Part shown: piece after piece, positions 40,601 through 48,616 of the stretch
Numbering within the stretch: position 1 is the first letter of the stretch
How the letters are laid out: the number at the start of each line of letters is the position of its first letter
Made by a program: the position numbers and the translations under genes
Notes under the pieces: model-generated
What the model was told of the DNA's origin: nothing
Database searches by the model: none
What the model saw: only the letters and a program-made list of their open reading frames with translations
From: a virus
IMG/VR virus record: IMGVR_UViG_3300044699_000112
Span: 1 to 64,000 of that record
Reading direction: 5' to 3' (one strand)
Length of the DNA: 64,000 nucleotides

Positions 40601-40878
40601 ACAACGATGACCGGGCGCGCGATGCGGCCCTCGTTGCGTACGGGGAGGCGGGCGGCACCCAGCAGAACCTGAAGAAGTCGATCGAGCGGCTCCATCCGCT
40701 CGGGACGTTGAAGAAGGCTCTGTGGAAGGACTTCGAGAAGTCGCTGAGCAAACCGGAAGCCGCTCAATTGAAAAAGGCTATACAGTTCTGGGAGGAAAAC
40801 TTCCACTCCAAGGTGGCGCAGATTGAAGGCGCCGCTTCCCGGCAAGGTCTGCCGGAGAAAAGAAAGCGAGGAAAGTGA
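31642..40878 (+). CDS. Giant (3078 aa) polyvalent ejection protein
   Basis: N-terminal ARxAGYxDxEI repeats; Gly/Ala membrane region; FtsK-gamma-like wHTH; HhH-GPD-like domain (KVRNF...SDTH); zincin-like EELIH; helical C-terminal region of the large-polyvalent-protein type. Confidence 0.85.
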   Translation: MAINANSIDRARQAGYNDAEIIDHIASLKGYKGVPEARSAGYSDMEILGHLRTLEDPVSTPTVIPGAEKTGTPGIAPTTLPKGLGGGPAGYQPPTEEPSPYALPGAGLTGRPGIPEVELPVGLGGTKAPFSTAYDPYKRVGRALPNQVFGAPLKTDVGELAKLKAKVAPGYLPDDDTVLQGFMGEPKPEPLSEDPGYVERIQHGLRVGSEGVVSSALSGGEALARRAAVALPKKFKPIAERAEWELAQANAGRPEMEPMPGSSVQELAADSDLTLNKVGKYAVGSTAQAIPSIGATVIASMLPGGKIAGPALSYLMSVGELYENNVNKGVHPDEAATIAGLGGGPSAALDYLEPFRIKAALTGKTTKALIEETYKKLGILRRAGKATAEGLVESGTEMGQELIAILSEWYGTGKAPGLNESLWRLGESGAGAFGAGGIGGGVQQVSEARHNAGARAWQDYLEKEKAARAGVAPMAPGGPVPAPGAPAEAAPAEGEVPPPGAAPPGAAAAGPAADTAPPRPLFDSPEDLYQDATQFAGGFRQLGVTALSQKYGITKDEAHAILERFVEDGLFAAKPLKGGGVSYVNLALQREAREIDPATGQRIRSPITKKGALEEAAGQFIPPGEGAIAPGEGPAVEDEEAPLAAAPVIEQPRTEPPPLPTQQAPPPAQQEAPPQEAGPQPDQADLDMIYSAPLTQEQQAWAVELLGQGHSVEDAMEIAHRGEEAPAAPAPVQAKEEAPQRPEPLPSASEQAPPPAPAAPEVQQEPLAAAKLPEEQQAPAAQAPAPAVQEPLEAAKPPEQAAAPTGTPFDQAKEHARGNKAIKADELIQGFGLTADEAHNVLWDLYPARMRKEKAKAIAAERRSATIEARKAKAGQPEQKPGPTPAPWEMTLEEVNQTGYIARDVNAGNMPIVRPATIDAGTAASNASEHKRVVAEAVAQGKPVPAKVLAEYPDLVAIDPAVKAAIKRRERERAKAAQAAAPKTEQQEPLAAAKPPEQQQAPPPPTTQVAAPSTQVEQPLAAAKPIEKEAPSGTEAKAEEDFALPAGDESTGGQALQRGPTGGREGAPGGERREGGVQGRTAEAVEGKGELDFSDVPLKAVAKPSREGFLERLKAGDVRGMSVEVMGAVARGLVKAEDAAAHMVKTYGAKAKAYAKDVAAQVQEWEQNPARLEEMEASTALPKGKNKTVDPITGLAVTGYNNAIKDPSAFAKAIALMNKYVNFADINEATPEATAEKMIQRIVDNLLFLHDKYKELGFSERARLWYDGGRKKVLANAEEYGINEFQSAAVLAVFSPEKDWFQNVDMARRMLEWWKNRKTLKWTPQMDAIYVNKILPAKRNQDKNTAKKREAKYLKDRAEFPAKVAEWRKANREARLAGTARPKRPKRPERKPFEPSTKVTDALAAIQGKGASEIKSTYQQAVWFRLWDEAHNSRNYQIISPEGEYTGLAMTEAKEGKVGKGGKIGKAKEAKPAKVAWSSYNPMVKALMVLKDGSFENISRQVGQRHKVRNFYNNLLDPENPNGHVTSDTHAVAAGLMRPLGGSALEVEHNLGKGVASARTGESGTYWMFAEAYRRAARERHLLPREMQSITWEAVRGLYKNLKSKANKDRVVEIWNEVNSGKITPGEAREKIYKEFNGIDTPAWAGSGTGRGRDTAVDEGRGGAKDEEGVLRLRLPGPGSGGASVGGGGGGSPRGLAARVNEGIRKVGDALRARHPASTNAAIGASLAGSDYTFKTGPGQTGTVYANPAGIEFIGHLTNDPHIGGINLPGKSVDNVLTFIDSFVNGPNPNRAQLAKLQPLYEGMEKWRQANPGTDVSLNFAVLDNKRPFAWTRQTAREELIHGFQRLKQVTRAARETILKTPVFEKARLDLIRQGYGDDVEIRPGDTADEKAQKHFIAWMEITAKVLSGDTLGLTISEREDVAYAYREALIAEHGDDAVLVFRYLKAGSVKDVFLGKKLPGEGLQRAQADLQEGEAELQRLLKELQQILDEEKAKGGPLADLDFAEVDLPHLTEPEGALRARQPQQPPQQPQTTQALATTTQQQQGQQQSQQGPQQPRGAGPGGTGPTVAQRFDQTNAAAEHARQSDEKTRMEKFKEGMKFIGTAFTRQFHHIPAGALYAEFKQKLNFVSKSQGNAIHKAAQAIIDQLEKLDPDEYTQFLHVVLYDDLAARVIQSIKEKKPILAKDLPLGIQDAREVINFKTEARNRVRGNPKIVEALRQRKAMWDKIKPEYVAAMRRAGVDVSKAVARKDYFRHRVIKHQKAKELIGGGGTGAGQRFKLPTARSWMKKAEVNANTYSLDYIRSEFEVLSEMMYDTERANFIGWLKNDSGHNISSQLKRMAAAHNKAEIMPTFARMARHYNQKNPRAPRMTAEMAYQKVMKMRPRDPSWRTRVTKRMAGAEYVGSLEAAYNKLTLPNGNKALDTHALYQANEKDHFFLAATIPDSLAAAIEANGQGRVTADKIRKIKAKGARQGQMVLPREVIETMKEFMQPPSTKWGQFVDKWSRKPLAWWKQSKLIHPVAVIKYNLRNLSGDLERVLITNPYALKHVGRSMDEIRKFMKTGHPPSPEFEAWWERGGMDANLQVAEIGEVNRLQKLVHLKLKDPKLGRTEKGFDKAGKAWDAVWNTTRKMTDFREGILRYATFLEYQKQIAASGTGKPNNFGASIREEVMALRNMDDRAYKLSNDLMLAYDEVSVAGQTLRRHFIPFWSFQEKNLGAYKRMVVNSYKDGRTSAAIGYAALGASASALRVGLWTAAKIGKTLTLAMALKALTEIWNNYVMDDEEEDLPEGVKKSTHLILGRDSNGKVIAFTRLGTADDILEWGGLEAAPYYVREFLNNRMTYEDLAKEIALRPFGIPLPIKPAINKVAQSIHPGIKTTAEYVSGRAWFPNVFDQREIRDRYEYIARELGMTAVYKAAARKPQPKFWTPERVLDLMVYRYDPKETHYNSFKYDKVAKWGAEHGADPGGGLSQKKAAAALYDLRMAVRYNDDRARDAALVAYGEAGGTQQNLKKSIERLHPLGTLKKALWKDFEKSLSKPEAAQLKKAIQFWEENFHSKVAQIEGAASRQGLPEKRKRGK
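34736..34915 (+). CDS. Nested +1-frame gene A inside the giant protein (59 aa, basic helical)
   Basis: SD AAGGAGG (34723-34729) 6 nt before GTG. Codon bias moves to the +1 frame while the outer frame becomes a Gly-rich linker. Confidence 0.65.
   Translation: MAQKPKPRKILPSPPGMSRQAVKHFNVAQLAAEKARLEGKDEKEAFKAALRKQWKEKAN
36527..36763 (+). CDS. Nested +1-frame gene B inside the giant protein (78 aa, acidic C-terminal half)
   Basis: Extended -10 TGGTAAAAT (36501-36509), SD AGGTGA (36516-36521), GTG at 36527, high-GC3 codons in the +1 frame. Confidence 0.7.
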   Translation: MKRSIKSSTESTRQPGPEAERDEGGILQLMREEGAPRTRKEFFAYAYPDLDPEEPLSVEEEADLPEDLQHESMRESEK

Positions 40879-40881
40879 AAG

Positions 40882-41112
40882 ATGGTACAAGGTCCCTACA
40901 AGCGCGTAACGGTGATCACGCCGCATGACACCAATCCGATCAATGTGCCCTGCGAGGCCCTGATCGCCGACACCGGGGGCACCGTGAACGTCGTCGACTG
41001 GGGCGGTGTTACCTCCACGATCACACTCGCCACGGGCGTGCCGTTTGAGTTTGCGCCGCGCATCGTAAAAACCGGGGGAGCGGCCATCGGAATCAAGGCT
41101 TTGTGCAGGTAA
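40882..41112 (+). CDS. Head spike base protein (RcGTA Rcc01079-like)
   Basis: 'VITPHDTNPI...ALIADTGGTVNVV..GG.T.TI...G......RIVKTG..A.GIKAL' follows the family pattern. Confidence 0.7.
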   Translation: MVQGPYKRVTVITPHDTNPINVPCEALIADTGGTVNVVDWGGVTSTITLATGVPFEFAPRIVKTGGAAIGIKALCR

Positions 41113-41120
41113 GATAAGCC

Positions 41121-41468
41121 ATGCCCATGCTCAGCGAGGACCTGGAAATCTACCAGGGCGACGATTACGTGGTGACTGTCACGGTCAAAAACGCAGACGG
41201 CACGGCCGCGAATCTGGCGGGCTACACCGCCAAGGCCGAGGTGCGCCGTACGCCCGCCGATAACGGTCCGGTGATGGCGGCGTTCACCGCCGTGATCCAG
41301 ACGCCGAACCTCGTTGTGCTGACGCTTTCGAATGCGCAGACGCTCCTCCTCGCGGGCACCTTCTTCTGGGACGTGCAGATCAAGAGCCCGGCCGGTGGAG
41401 TAACGACGCTCGCCAAGGGGCGGGTCCTGGCGACGCCTGAGATCACGCGCGAGGTGGTGATGACGTGA
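41121..41468 (+). CDS. Ig-like fibre-anchor protein (BppU N-terminal-like)
   Basis: 'IYQGDDY...[13 protein letters not shown]...LTLSNAQT..L...FWDVQI....TTLAKG'. Confidence 0.7.
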   Translation: MPMLSEDLEIYQGDDYVVTVTVKNADGTAANLAGYTAKAEVRRTPADNGPVMAAFTAVIQTPNLVVLTLSNAQTLLLAGTFFWDVQIKSPAGGVTTLAKGRVLATPEITREVVMT

Positions 41469-44400
41469 CAAGGATCATCGAGCTCGAGGCGACGATCCAA
41501 AAGCCGAACCTGATCGTCACTCTCGCCCCGGCGAACGGGTACACGGTTTCGCTCGCCGCGGGTACGCCGATTCCAGGCCCTCCCGGTCCCCAGGGCCCGC
41601 AAGGGATACCCGGTCCGGTCGGTCCAAAAGGTGATACCGGCGATACCGGTTCGACAGGTCCACCCGGTCCGACCGGAAGTACCGGAGCCACCGGGAGTGT
41701 CGGTCCCCAGGGCCCGAAAGGCGATACCGGGAGCACCGGAGCGACCGGCGCCACTGGTAGTACCGGAGCTCAAGGTGTCCCCGGTCCCCCTGGCAGTCAG
41801 GGCCCTGCCGGAAGTGCCGGTCCACAAGGTATCCCCGGTGTTCCAGGTGAGGTCGGTCCAGTCGGCCCGGCCGGAGCGACCGGAGCCCAGGGCCTCAAAG
41901 GTGATCAAGGCGATCAAGGTATCCCAGGGACTCCTGGTATCACCGGCCCGCAGGGCCCGATCGGAGCCACCGGCGCGACCGGCGCGACCGGCGCCACGGG
42001 CAGTCCCGGCGCCCCCGGTGCGATCTCGATCGTGCAGGACGAGGGCGTGGCCCTCGCGGTCCAGAACACGCTGAACTTTGTCGGAGCAGGCGTTGTGGCC
42101 GCCGACGATTCGGCGAACGGCAGAACCACGATTACCATCTCCGGCGGCAGCGCCGGTCACGTCATCCAGGAGGAAGGTACACCTCTCATCGCCAGGGCTG
42201 CCCTGAACTTCACCGGCCCCGGCGTCATTGCCACCGACGACGTAGCCAATAGCCGCACCAATGTCACCATCACGGGCGTCCCTCAGACGCCGTGGCTCCA
42301 GAACATCAACGCCGCGGGCTTCACTCTCGGCCGTGTCGCGGCGATCGGTGTCGGCCCCTCTGCCGACGCTATAGCGAGCATCGGCATCTTCATCGACGGC
42401 ACTGGTTTCTTCGACGGTCTCAAACAAATCAACTCCAGCCCCACCGGCTGGGCGGGCTGCCAGTTACAGAACGACGCCGGGTCCACTATCACCATGCGCG
42501 TCTACGGGACTGGCCGGTCACCGTCGAACCTCGCGCGCATCGAAACGAGCGGGCCGCTTTCCTTCACTGTCCAAAGCGTCGAGGTGGTGCGCCTGTCGCT
42601 CGATGGCAAAGTAGGCATCCGCAAAGCGCCGACCACTTACTCGCTGGAGGTCTCCGGGGACTGCGATATTACAGGCGTCTACAGGGTTAACGGTGTCCCA
42701 TTCACCTCTGGTCAACCCCAAACGCCTTGGGCGCAGCATGTCAGCGCCGCCAACTTCAACCTTACTAACCTCGCCTCCCTGATGATGGATCACCCTACCA
42801 ATCAGGTGTACATGGACATCCGCACCAACGGCGTAACCGGCTTCACGTTTGCGCGGTACACCGGAATCGCTGGTGTCAACGGCGATACCGAGATGATCCA
42901 CTGGGGGACCGGGGTACTCACACTCGAAACCGCTGATGCCGCTTCCAAGCTGAAACTCAGGTCCAATACTGTCCAGGTCATTGGCACCGCTGCCACCACC
43001 GACCTCGTTATCGACACCACCACCGCTGGCACACCTTACCTCAACTTTAAATCGGCTGGTTTCGTCAAAGGGCAAATCATGGCTACCAACGGCGGGTCCA
43101 TGAACCATATCACCGACGTTGGCGTCATCGCCATCACCATCGTGTCTGACGGCAGGGTAGGGATAGGCAAGACCCCTGCCTCGTTCAAGCTGGACGTGAA
43201 TGGCAGCGTGAATGTCCCAACGGGCAGCACCTATAACATTAACGGCGTGCCACTCACCAGCGGCCAACCGCAGACACCGTGGGCGCAGAACATCGACGCC
43301 GCCACCTTCACCCTGTCCAACGTTGGCGCTATCGGCGTAGGAACCGGGGCTGGCCCAGCAGCGTCCTATAACTCCGTCAGTGCCACTGTTAGCGATGGGT
43401 TCCGCCATACCTGCACTGCCGCTGCCGCATTCTCTGGCGTCAGGCTCCTCAACGACATTGGCACCACTCTCCAAGTGCGAATGTATGGGTCTACGCAGGG
43501 GCTTTTTCCCGACATTGCCGTGATCAACAGCGATAAGATCCTGGTCCTGGCAACAGCGAATACTGATCGTCTGCGGATCACTGCGGATGGCAACGTGGGC
43601 ATCGGCAACACCGGTGTACCACCACATAGCGCCGCAGGGTTTCAGCACCTCATATTTGGTCCCGCCTCACCCGTATCCACCGTCTCCCCAATGCTCACCA
43701 TCGCCGGTGATGGGGCTACCCTCGCCTTTGCCAACTACAAGATCACCGCCACCGAGAAGCGTATAACGCAGATTGTGTGCTCTGCCAGTGGAGTCAACGG
43801 TGACAGCGGCAGCTTTGTCTTCTACACATGGAATGCCGGGGCCGCTGTCGGTGGGATGACCATCGACCCGTCTGGCAAAGTTCAGGTAGGCCCAGGCGCG
43901 ACAGCCACGTACCCACTCAACGTTGCGGGGGATTGCAACGTGACCGGCGTATACCGGATCAACGGTGTCCCACTTAGTACGGGCGGCGGCTCGCAGACGC
44001 CGTGGCTCACTGACATCGACGGCGGTGGCAAATCCCTGACGAATTGCTCTTCGATCACACTCGTGGGTGGCGTTGCTCTAACTCTCTTCGGGCCGACTTC
44101 GGTGGGTGTGGCGCAAATAGAACTTCAAAACCAAGGCGCAGCCAGATGGGCATTTGGGCGCGGCCCAGGCGATGGGTCAGACAACTTCAATTTCTATAGC
44201 TATGTCACCAGCGGCATCATTATGCGGATTTCGCCGACCGCCGCCGCCAACCGATTGAACATAACAGGCAACAATGTCGGCATTGGTACAGCCACTCCCC
44301 CATTGCCTCTGAGCGTGATGGGAGGGTATGCCGATCCCGTCCTGGGTACAGGATACAAGGGTACTCTGGCCGTCCTCCCGAGCGACACCACCTGGGGGAT

Positions 44401-45831
44401 GCTCTTCGGCGCCCGCGCTGATGGGACCGGCTGGATTCAAATGCAGCGCACAGATGCCACCGCTGCCTCTTACCCACTGGCGCTGAACCCGCTGGGCGGC
44501 AGCCCGGTCGGCATTGGCTGCATTGCCCCCAATCTCTACACGGGCGCTGGGTTGGTTGTCGTCAGCGGAACTGCGGGTAAGCAAATTCAAGTCATAGAAC
44601 CGGGCGGCAATGCTCAATACCGCCTGGAAGTGGGTTACGCCGTCCTTGCCGGGAACTGGGCCGGCCGCATCCAGGCCCTAGTGACGGAGACGCCCTACCA
44701 ACTGCACTTGAACCCGCTGGGCGGTGGCGTGAGCATTGGTCCCTCTACTACTATTCCAGCCGTTGGGTTACAACTTGTGGGGACTGGGCAAGCAACTACT
44801 ACGCCGACTTTTCCAGGGGGGGCTCATGGATGCACTCTATTAATAGCTGATACTAACCCGCCGGGGGCTGCGGGTGGGATGCTGGCCTTTGGAGGCCGCG
44901 GTTCGGATGGCAGCGCCTTCGCCGCAATCAAGGGCTACTACAGTAATGGCGGGGGCAACACTGCCGGGTGGCTGATGTTCCTCACTCGCCGTAGTGTCGA
45001 TTCCGCAACCCTCACTCCTGCGATGACGATTGTAGAGAACGGCTCAGTCGGCATCGATTGTCTGCCGGGATGTACTCTCTCAACTGGCAGTACTCTTGCT
45101 ACCTGTAAGATCGCCACCTACGAACTGTCAAATGGGTTCTTCGGCATCGGTGTTCAGAACGGCGTCCTGACCTTCGCGCTGGCATCGTTGGGGTCGATGC
45201 CGCGGCCACGATGAACCTGTCCTCGGCCGGTAAGTTGGCAATCGGCAACGGCAATACTGCTAGCCCTGCCTGTACCATCCATGTTGCATCTGGAGGAATA
45301 TATGCTGGGCCATCAGGTCTCTTTATAGAAGGTGCAGATATGACCAGCCTTGTCAATGGCGCACCTTACTATGGAGTTGGGAGAAACAATGCCACTGGTG
45401 GGACGCAGGTAGCTGGGTATAACTATGTTCATCTTCAGACTAGTGGGTTTCAAACGATCCAATATGGTAACAGGATGCATTTTGTCCCAACTGCTGTGGT
45501 GAACACCTTCGCGCAAGCATCCCAGCACCTTAAGATCTGTGAGCCGTCCAATGCCGCTGGCTATGGCATGACTCTTGGGTATGGGATTCCAAGTGCCAGA
45601 TACGGCGGCATGATCCAGGCATGGGACAACGGTGCGCCGGGAACATTGTACCTGAATCCTGGCGGCGGCAATATCGTCATGGCGAATTCGGCAGCCTGGG
45701 GAGCAGACACCGCGAATATGCCGCTTGGGACGATGATGATCTACTACAATCATACGGACGGTCGATTGTACTTCTACGTTAAGAGAACTGATTCCCAAAC
45801 AATAAGACAGACTAACTTGTTATTGTCATAG
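41465..45831 (+). CDS. Collagen-repeat fibre protein with repeated QTPW modules (frameshift at ~45176)
   Basis: Long Gly-X-Y run at ~41575-42020; four QTPW..(N/H/D)I/V modules; 'GNVGIG' fibre motifs. ORF 45211-45831 is the continuation. Confidence 0.8.
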
Positions 45832-45846
45832 AGAAAAGAGGTTCCA

Positions 45847-46134
45847 ATGACTTACACAGAGAGCGCCGCGCTGATGAGCGACCAGACGTTCAGAGGGCGC
45901 GTCCAGGTGGCCGTCCTGAAGTACGCTGACTCGATCATGATCGAGGCTTCGAGCGTGCCAGCGCATAACACGCGCGAGCGGTGGGCGCTGCAAGCGATGC
46001 AGAACCCGTCGATGGTGGCCTCGCAGATTCAGCCGCCCACGGTGATGGACCCAGCAGTGCAAGCGGCGGGCGCTGCCGTCGAAGATCTCGCGTTGCAGGG
46101 GGCCGTTGAGTCGGTTGTGAATAAGCTCCTTTGA
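45847..46134 (+). CDS. Small fibre-associated protein
   Basis: SD GAGG; follows the fibre gene. Confidence 0.65.
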   Translation: MTYTESAALMSDQTFRGRVQVAVLKYADSIMIEASSVPAHNTRERWALQAMQNPSMVASQIQPPTVMDPAVQAAGAAVEDLALQGAVESVVNKLL

Positions 46135-46135
46135 C

Positions 46136-46582
46136 CTATGAGGCTTTCTTTCGATGCAAATAGGCAAGCGTACGCTGGCGTCCACATTCCCGGCAGAAAT
46201 ATCCCTTTTTGCCGATGTAGGTGTTGGCGGCATCGTAGGGGTGGCCATGAATGCAGTGGGTCCGTTTCTGGTAATAGCTCTTGCCACGGCGCATATTCTC
46301 CGCATGTGTAACCGGTTCCAAGTGAGCGGGGTTGACGCAGTGCCGCGTTCTGCACAGGTGGTCGATTTCCAAGCCCTTGGGGATAGCGCCGATGAGATGC
46401 TCATAAATCAACCGGTGGGCCAAATAGCGTTTATACTGCCAGCCACAAAGGCCATAACCATTTGGCATGATCGTTCCAGTCCAGAGCCAACATTGGCCCG
46501 GTTGTCTGTCTGGGATACGTTTATCCAGCAGTTCCTCAATCGTCTTAAACTTGGGGCGGCGGATAGAATTGATTCGTGGCAT
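46136..46582 (-). CDS. HNH homing-type endonuclease (antisense insertion)
   Basis: CWLWTG...GYG...AHRLIY...IDHLCRTRHCVNPAHLEPVTHAEN, plus THCIHGH..CREC; lower GC. Confidence 0.92.
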   Translation of the reverse strand: MPRINSIRRPKFKTIEELLDKRIPDRQPGQCWLWTGTIMPNGYGLCGWQYKRYLAHRLIYEHLIGAIPKGLEIDHLCRTRHCVNPAHLEPVTHAENMRRGKSYYQKRTHCIHGHPYDAANTYIGKKGYFCRECGRQRTLAYLHRKKAS

Positions 46583-46663
46583 TCGGGAAACCTCAACTTT
46601 CCTGGTGTCGGGCGGGGGACGTTACTAGCGTCTACCCGCCCACTCATTTAACCATAGGAAAGT

Positions 46664-47017
46664 GTGATGCAAAGTCTGACCTTACCCTTCTACCAACGAA
46701 TCCTCCTTTGGAATATCGTTGGTAATCACGCCGCCCCCAACCTCAAGGAGGCCAGCGTGGGTCTGCGCGTCATCGAGAAGCTCAGGCTCACCGACGAGGA
46801 GCAGTTGGAAAGCGAGTTCTCCGTCAACGGCCAGCAGTACGGCTGGAAGCTGCCAGACCCAGACTACGGGACCAAGACCGTGGACCTGGAGACGGACGAG
46901 GGAAAGTCGCTGGCGGCGGCGATTGAGGCCGCGCCGACGCGCGTGATGGACGCCGTCTGGCTGCAACCGATCGTCGACAAGCTGACCGCTTCCCCGAACG
47001 GCGCCAAGCCCTCCTAA
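46664..47017 (+). CDS. Putative fibre assembly chaperone
   Basis: Similar to 26153-26575; last gene of the late operon. Confidence 0.55.
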   Translation: MMQSLTLPFYQRILLWNIVGNHAAPNLKEASVGLRVIEKLRLTDEEQLESEFSVNGQQYGWKLPDPDYGTKTVDLETDEGKSLAAAIEAAPTRVMDAVWLQPIVDKLTASPNGAKPS

Positions 47018-47095
47018 TCCTCCGGGTCCAAGCCAGGGGTAAGGGCGTACTCGTAGACGCTGGCTTCTTTTCACTGGAGCGCCGCCCGGAATACC

Positions 47096-47135
47096 TTGCG
47101 CAAAGAGTCAACTTGCCTCATACTTGACTCTGCGT
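47096..47135. promoter_or_regulatory. Operator/promoter region ahead of the early operon
   Basis: TTGCGCAA palindrome and inverted repeat AGAGTCAA-N12-TTGACTCT upstream of an HTH gene. Confidence 0.55.
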
Positions 47136-47140
47136 TAAGT

Positions 47141-47353
47141 ATGGACACCATCAATGGCTTCGGCTCCGATTCCGAGCGTGCCGCATTCCTCAAGACTCAC
47201 CGCGGCATTCTGAGCCGCATCGCCGAGCGGCTCCACATGTCGACGGCGGCCGTCTCGAGGACGTATCACGGCATCACCAGGGAGACCAATCCCCACATTG
47301 TCGAAGCCATCGCTGAAGCCATCGCTGAAACGCGGAAAGCAAAGAAGAGGTGA
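47141..47353 (+). CDS. Cro-like HTH transcriptional regulator
   Basis: 'LSRIAERLHMSTAAVSRTYHG'. Confidence 0.75.
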   Translation: MDTINGFGSDSERAAFLKTHRGILSRIAERLHMSTAAVSRTYHGITRETNPHIVEAIAEAIAETRKAKKR

Positions 47354-47359
47354 GGTTGA

Positions 47360-48616
47360 ATGGCTGATCAAGAACAAGCCCTGGTGCGCTCCGGCGGAGA
47401 CGTGACGCGCAACCAGATGGGGGAAGTGACCCAGCGTACCGCGGTGGACGTTGCGGCCGCGACCCAGGTGGCGCATGCCCAGGCGGTGGTGCAGGCCCGG
47501 TACGTGATGGCGATCCAGCGGCCGCGCAACGAGGCGCAGTTCCGCTCGAAGCTGATGGAGGCCGTGGCCGATCCCGAGTTTGCGGCGCTCTGTGAGTACC
47601 GCAGACCCGTGGGGAAAGAGAAGAACGCGCAGGGCAAGTGGGTGGATAAGATTGCCACGGGGCCCACGATCCACCTGCTGCGGTGCGCGTTGAGATTGTT
47701 CGGCAACAACTCCAGCGAGCCCGCGATCATCACCGAGACGCCCGACCTGCGGATCGGCGCCGTCACGATCTCCGACTATGAGACGAATTTTCACGTGGTG
47801 AGGACGTACTCGATCGAGAAGCGGATCGAGAAGCGCGGCTACGAGAACCGGCAGACCCACAAGCTCGAGCCGCCCGCGGGCCGCGAGATCCTGGGTACGC
47901 GCCTGAACACCGAGGGCGAGGAAGTCTACGTCGTCCGCATGACGCTCGACGAGCTCAGGAAAGAAGAGCTCCGGCAGACGGCCCTGGCCAAGCGCGCCGC
48001 GGCCGAGGAGTTCCTGCCCAGGCATACCATCCGGGCGGCCCTGCTGCGGGCGGTGCAGATCACCAAGGAAGCCGACGCCAAGGACCCGCAGGGCGCCAAG
48101 AACAAACTGATCGACGCCTTTGCCGAGCTCCGCATCATGGCGCTCGACCTCGAACAGTACCTGGGGCATACCCTCGACCGGCTCTCCACCGAGGAGCTCG
48201 GCGACCTCCGCGGCGTCTGGACGCGCCTCAGCAATGAGGAGGCGACCTGGGAGGAGTGCCTCCGCGAGCGCAATCCCACCGGCACCAGCGAGGACGCTGA
48301 GAAGGTGAAGGCCGAGAAGCTCGCCGCACTGCGCGCCGGGACGCCGGAGAAGCCTGAGCCGAAGTCGGCCGAGCAGGCGGCGACCGGAACGGTAGTTGCG
48401 CCGGTGGACGCCCCCGCTGGCGATCCCCGCTTCATCACCGTCGATCAGGCGCAGGAGTTCGCCCAGATCATCCACGCTAACAACCTCGACGACGAGCAGA
48501 TCCAGAAGCTCGTGAAGGCCGGGGGCGCCGATCGCTACGACCGGATGAAGCCGGAGCTCTACCCGGCCGTGCTGCTCATGGCCAAGGGCACCAAGGGCAA
48601 AGGGGGGAAGAAATGA
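47360..48616 (+). CDS. Single-strand annealing/recombination protein
   Basis: 'AIQRPRNE...FAALCEY.RP.G...ATGPTIHL..ALRLFGN' matches a phage SSAP family; adjacent to an SMC-like ATPase. Confidence 0.65.
   Translation: MADQEQALVRSGGDVTRNQMGEVTQRTAVDVAAATQVAHAQAVVQARYVMAIQRPRNEAQFRSKLMEAVADPEFAALCEYRRPVGKEKNAQGKWVDKIATGPTIHLLRCALRLFGNNSSEPAIITETPDLRIGAVTISDYETNFHVVRTYSIEKRIEKRGYENRQTHKLEPPAGREILGTRLNTEGEEVYVVRMTLDELRKEELRQTALAKRAAAEEFLPRHTIRAALLRAVQITKEADAKDPQGAKNKLIDAFAELRIMALDLEQYLGHTLDRLSTEELGDLRGVWTRLSNEEATWEECLRERNPTGTSEDAEKVKAEKLAALRAGTPEKPEPKSAEQAATGTVVAPVDAPAGDPRFITVDQAQEFAQIIHANNLDDEQIQKLVKAGGADRYDRMKPELYPAVLLMAKGTKGKGGKK

Noticed and set aside
21241-45831. Diversity-generating retroelement or shufflon acting on fibres
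   Set aside because: No reverse transcriptase, no TR/VR pair differing at adenines, no inverted cassettes; the recombinase is far away.
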